Below, one piece after another: positions 26,525 to 35,473 of a DNA stretch of 64,000 nt. The DNA is from a virus. The first letter of the stretch is position 1. The number at the start of each line of letters is the position of its first letter. Position numbers and translations under genes: made by a program. Under the pieces are notes generated by a model. It was given only the letters and a program-made list of their open reading frames with translations, was not told where the DNA came from and ran no database searches. Location of the stretch: IMG/VR virus record IMGVR_UViG_3300037054_000079, positions 1 to 64,000 of that record; one strand, given 5' to 3'.

Positions 26525-27067
26525 TCAACTTTCCTTCCTGTCTTGTGTTTTCCAGTTTTTCGGATAGGCCCACTGGATCAGGCCGACTTGAAATGGCCGT
26601 TCTAAATAGAGGGCGCGCAGCCGCAAGCGTTTGGGATTATCCATGATGCTCATGCCAGTATTGCAGGCGTGACAGGACCAGCCGAGAAAGCGCCCGCTAT
26701 CATGGCAGTGATCGTAGTGTAAAGGACGCGCCGGTATTTCGCCGCAGCACTCGCACCGATCAGGACATGAACGATTTGAGATTTCAATTGGCATTTTATA
26801 GACACTTGCAAGAGTTCGTGCTCTGCCTTTAGGTGCTGACCACACAGCTTTCACTAGCGCCTTAGCTTCGGGCGTTGACCGCCGTGTCCGCAACCGCGCT
26901 ACGGCTTCCGGGGTTGCTGCCAATTCCAATCGCCGATCTATAGACTTGGGCGTCAGTTTTCTCGCACGCTGTTGTGCCCGGTATTTTGGAGTTGACTTAT
27001 ACGCCTTCGCCCGCGCCCTCAGTTCATCCGGTGTCAGACCAAGAGATTTAGTCATTATCAACCTCAC
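26525..27067 (-). CDS. Endonuclease VII-like homing endonuclease
   Basis: CECCG..LHYDHCHDSGRFLGWSCHACN. Confidence 0.78.
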   Translation of the reverse strand: MRLIMTKSLGLTPDELRARAKAYKSTPKYRAQQRARKLTPKSIDRRLELAATPEAVARLRTRRSTPEAKALVKAVWSAPKGRARTLASVYKMPIEISNRSCPDRCECCGEIPARPLHYDHCHDSGRFLGWSCHACNTGMSIMDNPKRLRLRALYLERPFQVGLIQWAYPKNWKTQDRKES

Positions 27068-27362
27068 GACCCGTCATAAGGTCTAGCGTGAAATCTGCGG
27101 CGGTGCGCGAGCCGATGCGGCCCTTGCCACCGGAGCCTGAGCCGGGTTCGATGACTGTCCCGACATGACCCACGGCGGACGTGTCCATCGGGTAGTCGTT
27201 AGGGATTGTCGGCTCAATGCCAAGCTGTCTGCCCATTTGCACAGTCTCGATCAGGCGTCGCGACTGCGGGGTGCCGATCTCGATCTTGCCGTGCTCGCAT
27301 ATGTACGCGGACGCCGCGTGCATCTCGTCGGCCAGCTTGAGCATGTAGTTCGTAAGAGTCAT
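27048..27362 (-). CDS. Hypothetical protein
   Basis: GAGGA SD before MTLTNY. Confidence 0.55.
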   Translation of the reverse strand: MTLTNYMLKLADEMHAASAYICEHGKIEIGTPQSRRLIETVQMGRQLGIEPTIPNDYPMDTSAVGHVGTVIEPGSGSGGKGRIGSRTAADFTLDLMTGREVDND

Positions 27363-27498
27363 CGTCTTCGTCCTCTGAAACTGTGGCACGGGTCTAAGCG
27401 CGGAGCATGTATTACGCGCCTAGCCCGTGCATGTCGAGGTTGTTAGGATCACCCCGACTGGACCCGCCCGGTCTATGACTCCGGACACTTGAAAGGTG

Positions 27499-27538
27499 GA
27501 GGCGCGGCGTAGGGGAGACCAAGATTACGCCGCGCCTC
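27499..27538 (-). terminator. 13-bp perfect hairpin, probable terminator or processing site
   Basis: gaggcgcggcgta-N14-tacgccgcgcctc downstream of the 27567 ORF. Confidence 0.45.
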
Positions 27539-27566
27539 ATGGGCGCAACCTCCAAGCTTTGCGCCG

Positions 27567-27794
27567 TTAGAGAACCGTGTCGATATTTGCGAGCTTGCAC
27601 TCGCGGCGATAGGCGGCGACGATGGTGTCGTAGTCGGCACCCTCCGGCGCGGTCGTGCAGTCGAAGGCGCGGGCGCGGCGCAGCCACTCGGCGGCGTTCG
27701 CGACGTGTTGCTTGTGGGCCTTAGCGAGCACAGCCGGATTGCGGCTGCTACGTTCGTCACCGGCACTGTGGCCGATGCTGTTCGAGATGTTCAT
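27567..27794 (-). CDS. Hypothetical protein
   Basis: GGAG SD; preceded by a TTGTAT-N16-TAGATT promoter-like element. Confidence 0.55.
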   Translation of the reverse strand: MNISNSIGHSAGDERSSRNPAVLAKAHKQHVANAAEWLRRARAFDCTTAPEGADYDTIVAAYRRECKLANIDTVL

Positions 27795-27878
27795 CTGTCT
27801 TCTCCATGTCGTTGTTGAACTCTGTGATCCTAATCTAGCACGTCCGGCGAATGATACAACTCCTATCCGATAGGATGG

Positions 27879-28079
27879 TTACTGCCGAGTTAATAGATCA
27901 AGTCGGTCGATCAGCTTATAGTCGTCCTCGACGAGTCGGTATTCTCGCCCGAGAACGCTCTTGACTTTCGGGCCGTCACTTAGGTCAGCCAGCCATTTCT
28001 CTCCGGCTTCGCGGGTGATAGGACCCTCGATTATGAGTCGTTCGCTGAGCGGTCGGGTTTCGCGTGCGATGATTTTCAT
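27879..28079 (-). CDS. Hypothetical protein
   Basis: ATGA overlap. Confidence 0.5.
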   Translation of the reverse strand: MKIIARETRPLSERLIIEGPITREAGEKWLADLSDGPKVKSVLGREYRLVEDDYKLIDRLDLLTRQ

Positions 28080-28258
28080 GGTGCCACCGGGTCAAAGTTC
28101 ATGCCAACTCTTTTGGCGTAGCGGACGAGCGAGTGCATAACTTCGGGTTCTAAATAGATCACTTGATTGTTGCCGTCGCCCGTGCGCAGGCAGATCATTC
28201 CGTTCTCGACGCTCGCATACACGGCGTCGCCGAGGTAGGTTTTTTCATCGCGAGCCAT
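28076..28258 (-). CDS. Conserved small phage protein (YLGDAVYA..IYLEPEV type)
   Basis: Recognisable motif; GAGG SD. Confidence 0.6.
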   Translation of the reverse strand: MARDEKTYLGDAVYASVENGMICLRTGDGNNQVIYLEPEVMHSLVRYAKRVGMNFDPVAP

Positions 28259-28397
28259 GTCTAACCTCGTTGGACTAGAGCTTCGAGCCGAGCGCGTTCG
28301 GCTTTCCACTGTTCTTCGGTCCGGCGTCCCGTGCGGGACTTCGGGGACTTCGGGTAACGCGCCAGCGCGCGCTCGCGCCGAGCTTGCTTTCGGATAC

Positions 28398-28598
28398 TCA
28401 TGCTGCCTTCCTCATTTCTTGCGCGGCTTCGCGCAGTTGAACCGGAGCGAGATCGCCCATGATCTCGGCTTTCAATGCGGCACGCCATCGGTCGAACTCA
28501 GGGTCTCGATCCGGCGGTCGCCGCCAGCCTTTGCCGACTTGCGCGCCGCACAAGAACGTCGCGCCGAGCGCCGCGACGAGTGATACGAACTCGATCAT
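28398..28598 (-). CDS. Hypothetical membrane protein
   Basis: N-terminal hydrophobic helix. Confidence 0.45.
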   Translation of the reverse strand: MIEFVSLVAALGATFLCGAQVGKGWRRPPDRDPEFDRWRAALKAEIMGDLAPVQLREAAQEMRKAA

Positions 28599-28846
28599 TT
28601 TAGTTCCTTTCTTTCGATCACACAAAACTCTCGAACGCTTTCGAGTGAGACATTGATGTCCTCGATCCCGGTGTAACAGATCACTCCGCCAGTGCAAGAG
28701 AAATCGGCGGTGGTGCCATAGGGCCGAAACAATTCGACCGCGCGAGTTGTGATCTTCTTGACGATGGCAGTGCCCCACGGGGAGAACCCGAGGTCAATGG
28801 TATCGGCGAGTTTAAGGTCGCGAGCCTTGAGACTGATCGGGGTCAT
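28595..28846 (-). CDS. Hypothetical protein
   Basis: Overlap-coupled. Confidence 0.55.
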   Translation of the reverse strand: MTPISLKARDLKLADTIDLGFSPWGTAIVKKITTRAVELFRPYGTTADFSCTGGVICYTGIEDINVSLESVREFCVIERKELK

Positions 28847-29214
28847 GCGAGCACCGGAGCGTTGATTAGCGCGGTAGCCAGTGCGCTATAGCGTGGGGAA
28901 AACGAGACCCGACCGTTGCGCGGATTGACTACCGGCTTGAACGTGGCGGCGAACTTTGCCAAGTGCGCTTCGGCGTCCCGCGAACCTGAGTAAGCTGCGA
29001 TCTCGCGCAGGTGATCGAGGATCGCGCGGACCGCCCACAAGACCGCTTGCAAGGTCGCGTCGGCAGCGAACACCGTGGCGTCGAACAGACGCTTGAGATC
29101 GGCGTTGGCGGTGCTGAGCAGCCACTTGCCGCGAACCTGAGTAAGCTGCGCGAACTCGGCTGCGTCTTCGAACAGTGCGTAGCGGTTCGGCTTGATGCGT
29201 TTTGCCTTGAACAT
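28843..29214 (-). CDS. Hypothetical protein
   Basis: GGAG SD before MFKAK; upstream TTGATC-N16-TATGTC promoter. Confidence 0.55.
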   Translation of the reverse strand: MFKAKRIKPNRYALFEDAAEFAQLTQVRGKWLLSTANADLKRLFDATVFAADATLQAVLWAVRAILDHLREIAAYSGSRDAEAHLAKFAATFKPVVNPRNGRVSFSPRYSALATALINAPVLA

Positions 29215-29528
29215 TGTAGTCTCCATGCGCCGGATCATTCCGGTATCCCGGACATAGCACATCCAGCGGCCCGATCAAGTCGAGTCGTTGGACGTGGTAA
29301 AGGAAGGATTAAAGGTGGCGACTGTACTGCAACAGTGGTGCAAACGCTGCCAAGCTCCCACACTACGTTTCAGCTTATTCCCCGCGTCGGGCCTAGCCCG
29401 ATACTCGCTTTTTCGCGCGCCTCTTGGGCCGAACTCTTACGCCGTACAGTCAATTTAGGGACTGGGGCAGGGGATTATGGCGGTTCATGTCAACCGACAA
29501 ACGATACATAGCACACTCGGCGGCGCAA

Positions 29529-29927
29529 TCAAGTCGGATCGTCGGAGATGGTTACTGTTTGGTTAATGCGTTCCATGACAATCCGTGCCCGCTTCGATGG
29601 TGCCTCAGTTAGAAACGATCCCAAGCGCCCCGCGTCATAGGGCGGCTTTTTCCCGACGCGATAATACTGATCCGCCGTGATATCGTAGCGATGGCCGGTC
29701 AAAGTATTCTCAAGCCACCAATGCACGTCGCCGGTATCGTCCTTGCCGTGATACGGTCGGAAGGGTGACGCTCGCGCGCCAAGCAAGTGATACAGTGCCT
29801 CCGATGCAACGTAGCAATGTCCGTACATCGGATTGCTCACGTGCTCGCGATACTTCGGTCGCAATAGGTCCGGTGTCAGCACCGCGCGAATTTTTGGAAT
29901 GATCTCGTCTACTGTTTCCATGGTCAC
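29529..29927 (-). CDS. Papain/transglutaminase-fold (YunG-like) protein
   Basis: GHCYVASEA..HWWL..YDITADQY (Cys-His-Asp). Confidence 0.55.
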   Translation of the reverse strand: MTMETVDEIIPKIRAVLTPDLLRPKYREHVSNPMYGHCYVASEALYHLLGARASPFRPYHGKDDTGDVHWWLENTLTGHRYDITADQYYRVGKKPPYDAGRLGSFLTEAPSKRARIVMERINQTVTISDDPT

Positions 29928-30670
29928 ATCATGAACTCATAGGGTTTCGGATACGGCAGAGACTTGAGGCCGAGCCGCTTCGCCGATGTTTTACCTGCGA
30001 CCGACAACGCGCGCCAGTAGAGATATTTCCCGGCATCAAAATGCGGTTCGACTGTGCTCGTCGGTGAAATCTTTTGCGTCGCTTCGAGAATGCCGTCGCG
30101 CGGGATCAGGAAGCCGCGCGCTGTGATATAGACTTCGGCTTCCGCTTCGGTCGATATTCCGGCGGCGACTATCTCGCCAAGTACCACGGCGAGCGCCCGA
30201 AGCTTCTCCGCCGAACGTGTACCGTAGCGCAGGTTGAGCGTGCGCCCCGGCACGAACACGCTGTCGATTATCAAGCCATCGTTGGTCGGCGGTCGCAGGC
30301 CGTCGAATTTCCAGCCGCAAGCTTGGTACACGCCGCCGTGTTGGGCAACCGTGTTGTCGGCAAACGCAATGATTACCTTATGCCCGCGTTTGCGCAGATC
30401 ATCGCAGCACCATGCGACGAACTGTGACATAGGCACCTTGCAATCCGGTTCGCGGACAAGCCGCCCAAGTGCTACGACCGGCTCTTTATAGCGAGTCGGC
30501 GAGATCAGCGCCGCCGCTGCCAAGTGACCGTCCTCGTGCCGGATACCGTAGGAGATGATCTCGTTCGTATTGAGACGCTTCGAGTAGTGGAAGTCTTCCA
30601 CTAGCCTGAGCATCTCTTTTGTCTTGATGACTTCGAAGTTTGGAATTGGAGCGGCCCCTAGAGGTTGCAC
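29924..30670 (-). CDS. Mom-like (GNAT-fold) DNA modification protein
   Basis: FHYS, LGRLV, SQFVAW, IIAFAD...HGGVYQACGW.F.G, K.LY..LPYPK. Confidence 0.7.
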   Translation of the reverse strand: MQPLGAAPIPNFEVIKTKEMLRLVEDFHYSKRLNTNEIISYGIRHEDGHLAAAALISPTRYKEPVVALGRLVREPDCKVPMSQFVAWCCDDLRKRGHKVIIAFADNTVAQHGGVYQACGWKFDGLRPPTNDGLIIDSVFVPGRTLNLRYGTRSAEKLRALAVVLGEIVAAGISTEAEAEVYITARGFLIPRDGILEATQKISPTSTVEPHFDAGKYLYWRALSVAGKTSAKRLGLKSLPYPKPYEFMM

Positions 30671-30913
30671 CTAGCTCACACCCGTTGGAACAGGCTCGTC
30701 CAATGGACGGGCCGCAGCGGGTTCTCTAAGCCCGCTGCGGGAAGTTGTCAATGGAAAAGTTCGGGAATTTTTGCTTTTACTCGCTTCATGAAATAGTGGT
30801 CTGCCTCAATCATACCTTTAGTGAGACTTGATAGACCAAAGTGCTCGTCCAAGTCATCAAATTCCAAAGCAATATCCCTAAATTTCTTTGGGACAGCTTC
30901 GAGGCCATTTTGC

Positions 30914-31588
30914 TTAGTCCTTTGCTATGAGGGCACGGTTCCAACTTGGTGACGTTGTGAGTTCGGCATAGAGTTCGCGGAACGGCTTGGCCGAGTTGTA
31001 GAGCACCCGCGCCATGGTCTCGCCGAAGTGGTCCTCGAAGTCCGACAGATCATTCGTAGCAAAGTATGCGTTGATCTCGTCCTTGATAACTTCGACGGTG
31101 TAGCCCTCGCGCTTGAGCCATGATGTGAACGCGACTGACGCCGACCAATGGGCGGCCTCGAATTGGCGGATAAGCGTATTCGCGCGCTGGCGATACGCCC
31201 GGCTGATATGATAGAGCGCGTGCGCGAACTCGTGCTCGAAGTCGTACTCTCGCCACGTGCCAATCAGGTAAGCCATCGGCTTGAGAGCGACGATGCGCTT
31301 TTCCTCAAACGTCAAGTCGGGCGCAAACGTCTTCGCGAATGCGCGCACGATATGACCCGGCACGTTAAAGCCGTGCCAGTCCTTGTAGTACGAGAACGGC
31401 TTGCTGTGATCCCGAACATACCGCGCCGTATAGTCGGCGAGCGTGAAATAGTTGCCGCGAATTTCAGGATATGGCGACTCGTAGAACTCTTGCAGCCGAA
31501 CGAATGCCCGGCATAGCGCCGCCTGAGTGAAGTAGCGCATGTGCGCCACATCCTTGTGAGGCCAAGTGATAATCGGATGTACTTTCAT
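30914..31588 (-). CDS. HExxH-containing viral protein
   Basis: RLQEFYESP..DWHGFNVPG..HEFAHALY..DEINAY. Confidence 0.6.
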   Translation of the reverse strand: MKVHPIITWPHKDVAHMRYFTQAALCRAFVRLQEFYESPYPEIRGNYFTLADYTARYVRDHSKPFSYYKDWHGFNVPGHIVRAFAKTFAPDLTFEEKRIVALKPMAYLIGTWREYDFEHEFAHALYHISRAYRQRANTLIRQFEAAHWSASVAFTSWLKREGYTVEVIKDEINAYFATNDLSDFEDHFGETMARVLYNSAKPFRELYAELTTSPSWNRALIAKD

Positions 31589-31768
31589 GGCAGCGGACAC
31601 GGCGCGACGCTCATGATGTCGCACTTAGACGTGTGCAGAGTGATCCGAGTATTGATGACCGTCGCTAAAATAAGAGCGAGTATGACGACGAGGAAAATCT
31701 TGAAGCCCATTTGCTTAATCCCTCACCATGAGCCGATTTCCTCTCTGCCGCGCTCGCTATAATCTTTA

Positions 31769-31960
31769 TTAACCCTTTTCGTCAAACTCTGCATCGAGCA
31801 GGACTTCGAGATCGCCGCCGACTATTTCCATTTCATCGTACATGCGACCTTCGGGACGTATGCCACTTTCGATCTTGGGCGCAGGGATCGGTGGACGCCT
31901 TGGCTTGCGCGGACGATCTCGCCGCAGAACTCGCTTACCCTTGCGGCGGTGATCGGTCAT
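31769..31960 (-). CDS. Hypothetical protein
   Basis: ATGA overlap. Confidence 0.45.
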   Translation of the reverse strand: MTDHRRKGKRVLRRDRPRKPRRPPIPAPKIESGIRPEGRMYDEMEIVGGDLEVLLDAEFDEKG

Positions 31961-32580
31961 TCGGCTTCCTGTTGAGCAGCCCGGCGAGCACTAGACCACG
32001 GCTTGCCTCGACGTGCAAGTCCAGTGCGCTTCATTGTTGCTAGATGATTAGTGCGCCACGTTTGCCTGCGTGAACTACGCCTCACGGCTGCAAGATGGTT
32101 CGCTCGCCATGTCGGACTTTTGGACCGGCGTTTTAGCCCCGCGCGCCACTTTGGATTATGCTTCATTCGCTCGCGTCCTGCTGCATAAGCTGCGCGCCAC
32201 TTTGGGTCCTGTGCGTTGCGCCTATTTGCGGCTAGATTATTTGCACGCCATTTTGGACTGCGCGACCTGCGCTTAACTCCCGCACGCCATGTTGAGCAAC
32301 TAGGATCACAGCCACTTCCTGTCCTTGTCAAGTTGTAACCTTGAGGCACGTATGTCTTGAGCCGAGCAATCATTGCTCGTTCAAGCACGTGAATAGCTCT
32401 CACGGTTCGCCGCTTTGCAAGCACTTTAAGTGTGGATGTGCCGAGTCCATGTTTCCGAATAGCCCGACCAAGGGGTGACTTGGCGCGAGCATGATCTCGC
32501 AAGCGACGCTGCGGATCGACCGCAGTTCCTATGTAGCTTTTACGGTTGACCGTAATCTTGTAGAGATAGTGCAGAGTCAT
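31957..32580 (-). CDS. GIY-YIG homing endonuclease
   Basis: YLYKI..SYIG, GYNLT, basic repeats PKWRA. Confidence 0.8.
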   Translation of the reverse strand: MTLHYLYKITVNRKSYIGTAVDPQRRLRDHARAKSPLGRAIRKHGLGTSTLKVLAKRRTVRAIHVLERAMIARLKTYVPQGYNLTRTGSGCDPSCSTWRAGVKRRSRSPKWRANNLAANRRNAQDPKWRAAYAAGRERMKHNPKWRAGLKRRSKSPTWRANHLAAVRRSSRRQTWRTNHLATMKRTGLARRGKPWSSARRAAQQEAE

Positions 32581-33086
32581 TCATCAGTCTCTTGCGGTTT
32601 TAGTATTCGAGCCGGAACAACTCCCGACCGGACGTATTCAGCCATCTCCATCTCGCTAACTCGAACGCCGCACAGTGTCAAGCCTCCGGTCTCGATACGA
32701 TTAACGGCTGCGACCTTCTCAGCGCGAGCAGCTTCTTCGGCAGTGATCTCGTTCTCGTGCGCAGCGAGGTCGGCGATCTGTTTTGTGATGTCATGCTCAA
32801 GATACTGTTTGGCTTCGACGGCAGCAACAATGCGAGTGCCGAGCGCCACATCGCGCCGGGAGACGATGCGCGCCTGCGCCGGAGTCGCCATCTTCGGCTT
32901 GCGCTTCTTGGCGGACTGTGCGCGAGCTTGCGAGATGGCGCAATCGACGCACCGGCCACCTTTTTGATACCTTGTTGTGCATCCACACCAACATGCAGAA
33001 CCTTCGTAGAACCGATCACCATTAAGTGCGGCAAAATCTCTATTTTTATTGCGCGGCCTACCGGCATTCATGCTGCAATACCCCAC
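32577..33086 (-). CDS. Hypothetical protein with N-terminal Zn-finger
   Basis: CWCG..RY....CVDC. Confidence 0.5.
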   Translation of the reverse strand: MGYCSMNAGRPRNKNRDFAALNGDRFYEGSACWCGCTTRYQKGGRCVDCAISQARAQSAKKRKPKMATPAQARIVSRRDVALGTRIVAAVEAKQYLEHDITKQIADLAAHENEITAEEAARAEKVAAVNRIETGGLTLCGVRVSEMEMAEYVRSGVVPARILKPQETDE

Positions 33087-33512
33087 GATGAACTAGCGTC
33101 AAAGCGATCTCGCTGTGCTTATACATGTCGTACAGCTACTTTTGGCTTTACCCGTGCGCGCGTAGCCTCTTTCAAGATTTTGATCGGCGGCGGCGGCGGA
33201 CTCTCTGCCTTCGAGCGTCGCGATCCCTTCGGAGCCGGACGGTTCAAGGGTGAGTTACGTGTTTTCATAACATCCACTCCGGATAGCAGCCGGGCGGGAC
33301 CCAACTGCACATCGACGGCGAGTCGGTGCGGTCGCCGAAGCAACCGTCGAACGGCGACCGCCACCAAGGCTTCCTGTACTCAGCATCCCAAGCGCGCGGG
33401 TCATAGATCACCATGATGCCGTGCTCATGCTCGTAGAGCTTTCGTCCATTGTACGTCTCGCCTACCTTGTTACGCATTCGTATCTGCCAATCTCCATAAG
33501 GGTTGCGCCAAC

Positions 33513-33788
33513 TCACGGTGTTTCCTGTCCTCGGATGTATGCGGCGAGCTTGGCCTGATCCATCATCGTATTGTCGAGTCGCTCGACCATGCACGCGATG
33601 CGCTCGCGCTCGACCATGCGAGCGCGGTCATCACGCGCGAGATCGCGGACGGGATTGGTATCCCATCTTGCGGTGCATGTGCATGCGAGCACTTCCTCTG
33701 GAAAAGCGCGGGCGCGAAGAAGTTCGCAGGCGCTATCGTGGCGCACGCCGTCGATCTCGAACGGATATATCTCGTCGAGCACGATCAC
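33513..33788 (-). CDS. Hypothetical protein
   Basis: GTGA overlap. Confidence 0.45.
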   Translation of the reverse strand: MIVLDEIYPFEIDGVRHDSACELLRARAFPEEVLACTCTARWDTNPVRDLARDDRARMVERERIACMVERLDNTMMDQAKLAAYIRGQETP

Positions 33789-33955
33789 GGCGTCGCTTCC
33801 TCGCTGATAAAGCAGTTCGAAACGTAGACATAGCTCGCAATGTCGCGGCGATGGTCAATCGCTTCGTCGTCGCTGTACGGCCCGGCGACAAGCTTCTGCG
33901 GCGCACCGTTGTTCATGACGGTGTAGTGCACGTAGAACTTTTTGGAAGTGTTCAT
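33785..33955 (-). CDS. Hypothetical protein flanked by a 21-bp direct repeat
   Basis: ATGA overlap. Confidence 0.45.
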   Translation of the reverse strand: MNTSKKFYVHYTVMNNGAPQKLVAGPYSDDEAIDHRRDIASYVYVSNCFISEEATP

Positions 33956-35028
33956 GTCTTTGATCTCGGCATCTCGTCGAGCACGATCACGCGGTAGTGT
34001 GGGTTCTGTGACCACCCCTCGTTATTTTCGAGCTTGATATCGCCAGCCTCATAGGCGCGGACAAACTCGCCCGGCAATAGGTGCAGCACGAGCGACTCCA
34101 TCGGCTCAGATATTGCTTCGAGCAGATCGTGCAGCGAGAAGCCGTTCGTCTCGCGCGCGGCACAATCCCGCAAGTGTTGTTCGACGGGGCCAATGATGAC
34201 GGGGCCGACATGACCATCGCCGTGCAAGCTTAGCGGCTCGTCGCCTAGCAGCATGTCGATCACGGCTTCGATGGCTTTATGAGCCTGCGTACCACATTCA
34301 GCATTGGTCATGCTGCGCTCGATGTCGCTAAGTTGACTGTCGAGAAGTTCGGCGATGGTGCCGGGCCGGTATTCGACAAAGCCCGCGCCGATGTCTGCCT
34401 TGCGCCATTCCTCACGACGTTTGGCAGCGCGCTCATGAAGCCACGAGGCGTCCGGCATTTCGCATGGCTCGAATAAATGCGCTCCCTCCATCCACTCGCC
34501 TTTTCCGAGCTTCAAATCGCCGCGACGCCAGCGGGCGCGCAACGCGGCATCATCGGCGGGTTCGTCGATGGGTCCGCCGCATATGGCGCAGTGCCGCGCG
34601 TCGTCAGGATGCGGCTCCGGTTTGTGGATGTCCCAATCGTCTTCGCGCCACGAACGCGGCGGCTTGCTCGCAGGCGTTTCGTCGGCGAGCATCTCGTTTG
34701 CTATCTCTCGTTGCGCTTCCTCGTCGATGCCTGCGGCTCGCATCTGTTCGGCGATGTGCGCCGGGAATGGACTCACTATCAGGTCAGTGACGTGTTCGAT
34801 GTGTTTGAGCCGGAGTAGTTCATCGCCAGCCTTGGTGAGACAGTCGTTCGCCGCACTGAGCTTGGAGATGGCATAGGTCAATCGCTGTTTGCGCGACTGC
34901 CCGTAGTCAAGTTTGAAAAGCGTGAGCAGGGTTTCGATGGTGTGCTCGCGGTCGGCGGCGGCTTTCTCGAACGCGACGTTGGCATCGTGCAGGGTCTTTT
35001 TGAATGTCAGCATAGAAGGGGACTCCAT
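33952..35028 (-). CDS. Hypothetical protein
   Basis: 358-aa open frame with a CAICG motif. Confidence 0.55.
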   Translation of the reverse strand: MESPSMLTFKKTLHDANVAFEKAAADREHTIETLLTLFKLDYGQSRKQRLTYAISKLSAANDCLTKAGDELLRLKHIEHVTDLIVSPFPAHIAEQMRAAGIDEEAQREIANEMLADETPASKPPRSWREDDWDIHKPEPHPDDARHCAICGGPIDEPADDAALRARWRRGDLKLGKGEWMEGAHLFEPCEMPDASWLHERAAKRREEWRKADIGAGFVEYRPGTIAELLDSQLSDIERSMTNAECGTQAHKAIEAVIDMLLGDEPLSLHGDGHVGPVIIGPVEQHLRDCAARETNGFSLHDLLEAISEPMESLVLHLLPGEFVRAYEAGDIKLENNEGWSQNPHYRVIVLDEMPRSKT

Positions 35029-35047
35029 GTTTTGTGTGGATCAGTGC

Positions 35048-35407
35048 TTACCGCACGATCAGGATGGGTGAGTGCTGGCGATGTGACCGGCGGTCACGCG
35101 GCAGCGGCGAGTCGGTGTCGCCTCTGCGAGAGCGCAGGTTTCCCCACCTGTCAAAGATGGCGGAGCGGTCGCGGATTTTGGCGGTGCCGTCTTGACCAAC
35201 GCTCTTACTGTGTCGGTGACGGAACGAGTCGCCTACGTCTTGCGAATTGTGGAGCTTGCCAGTGCGCCCGTTGCGATCAAAGTCTTCGAGTTCGTTGGTG
35301 TGGGTACGGTGCTTGAACCCCATCCCGAGCGTCTGTTCCGGTTGCCCGGCTGTCGCCGGGATTGTGACCGCTGCCAAGAACGCGGCGGCGAGAATTACTT
35401 TGAGCAT
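35048..35407 (-). CDS. Hypothetical secreted protein
   Basis: Signal peptide MLKVILAAAFLAAVTIPATA; AAGGA SD. Confidence 0.45.
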   Translation of the reverse strand: MLKVILAAAFLAAVTIPATAGQPEQTLGMGFKHRTHTNELEDFDRNGRTGKLHNSQDVGDSFRHRHSKSVGQDGTAKIRDRSAIFDRWGNLRSRRGDTDSPLPRDRRSHRQHSPILIVR

Positions 35408-35473
35408 TGGGTAGTCCTTTCGTTGTGAACTAGCGGTGAAGCATTTTTCGAAATGAATGTCAAGGTCTGCCAT

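Noticed and set aside
30748-30924. AT-rich minus-strand frame (..EFDDLDEHFGLSS..PELFH) after the 30914 ORF
   Set aside because: No credible start or SD; possibly a relic, but too weak to call
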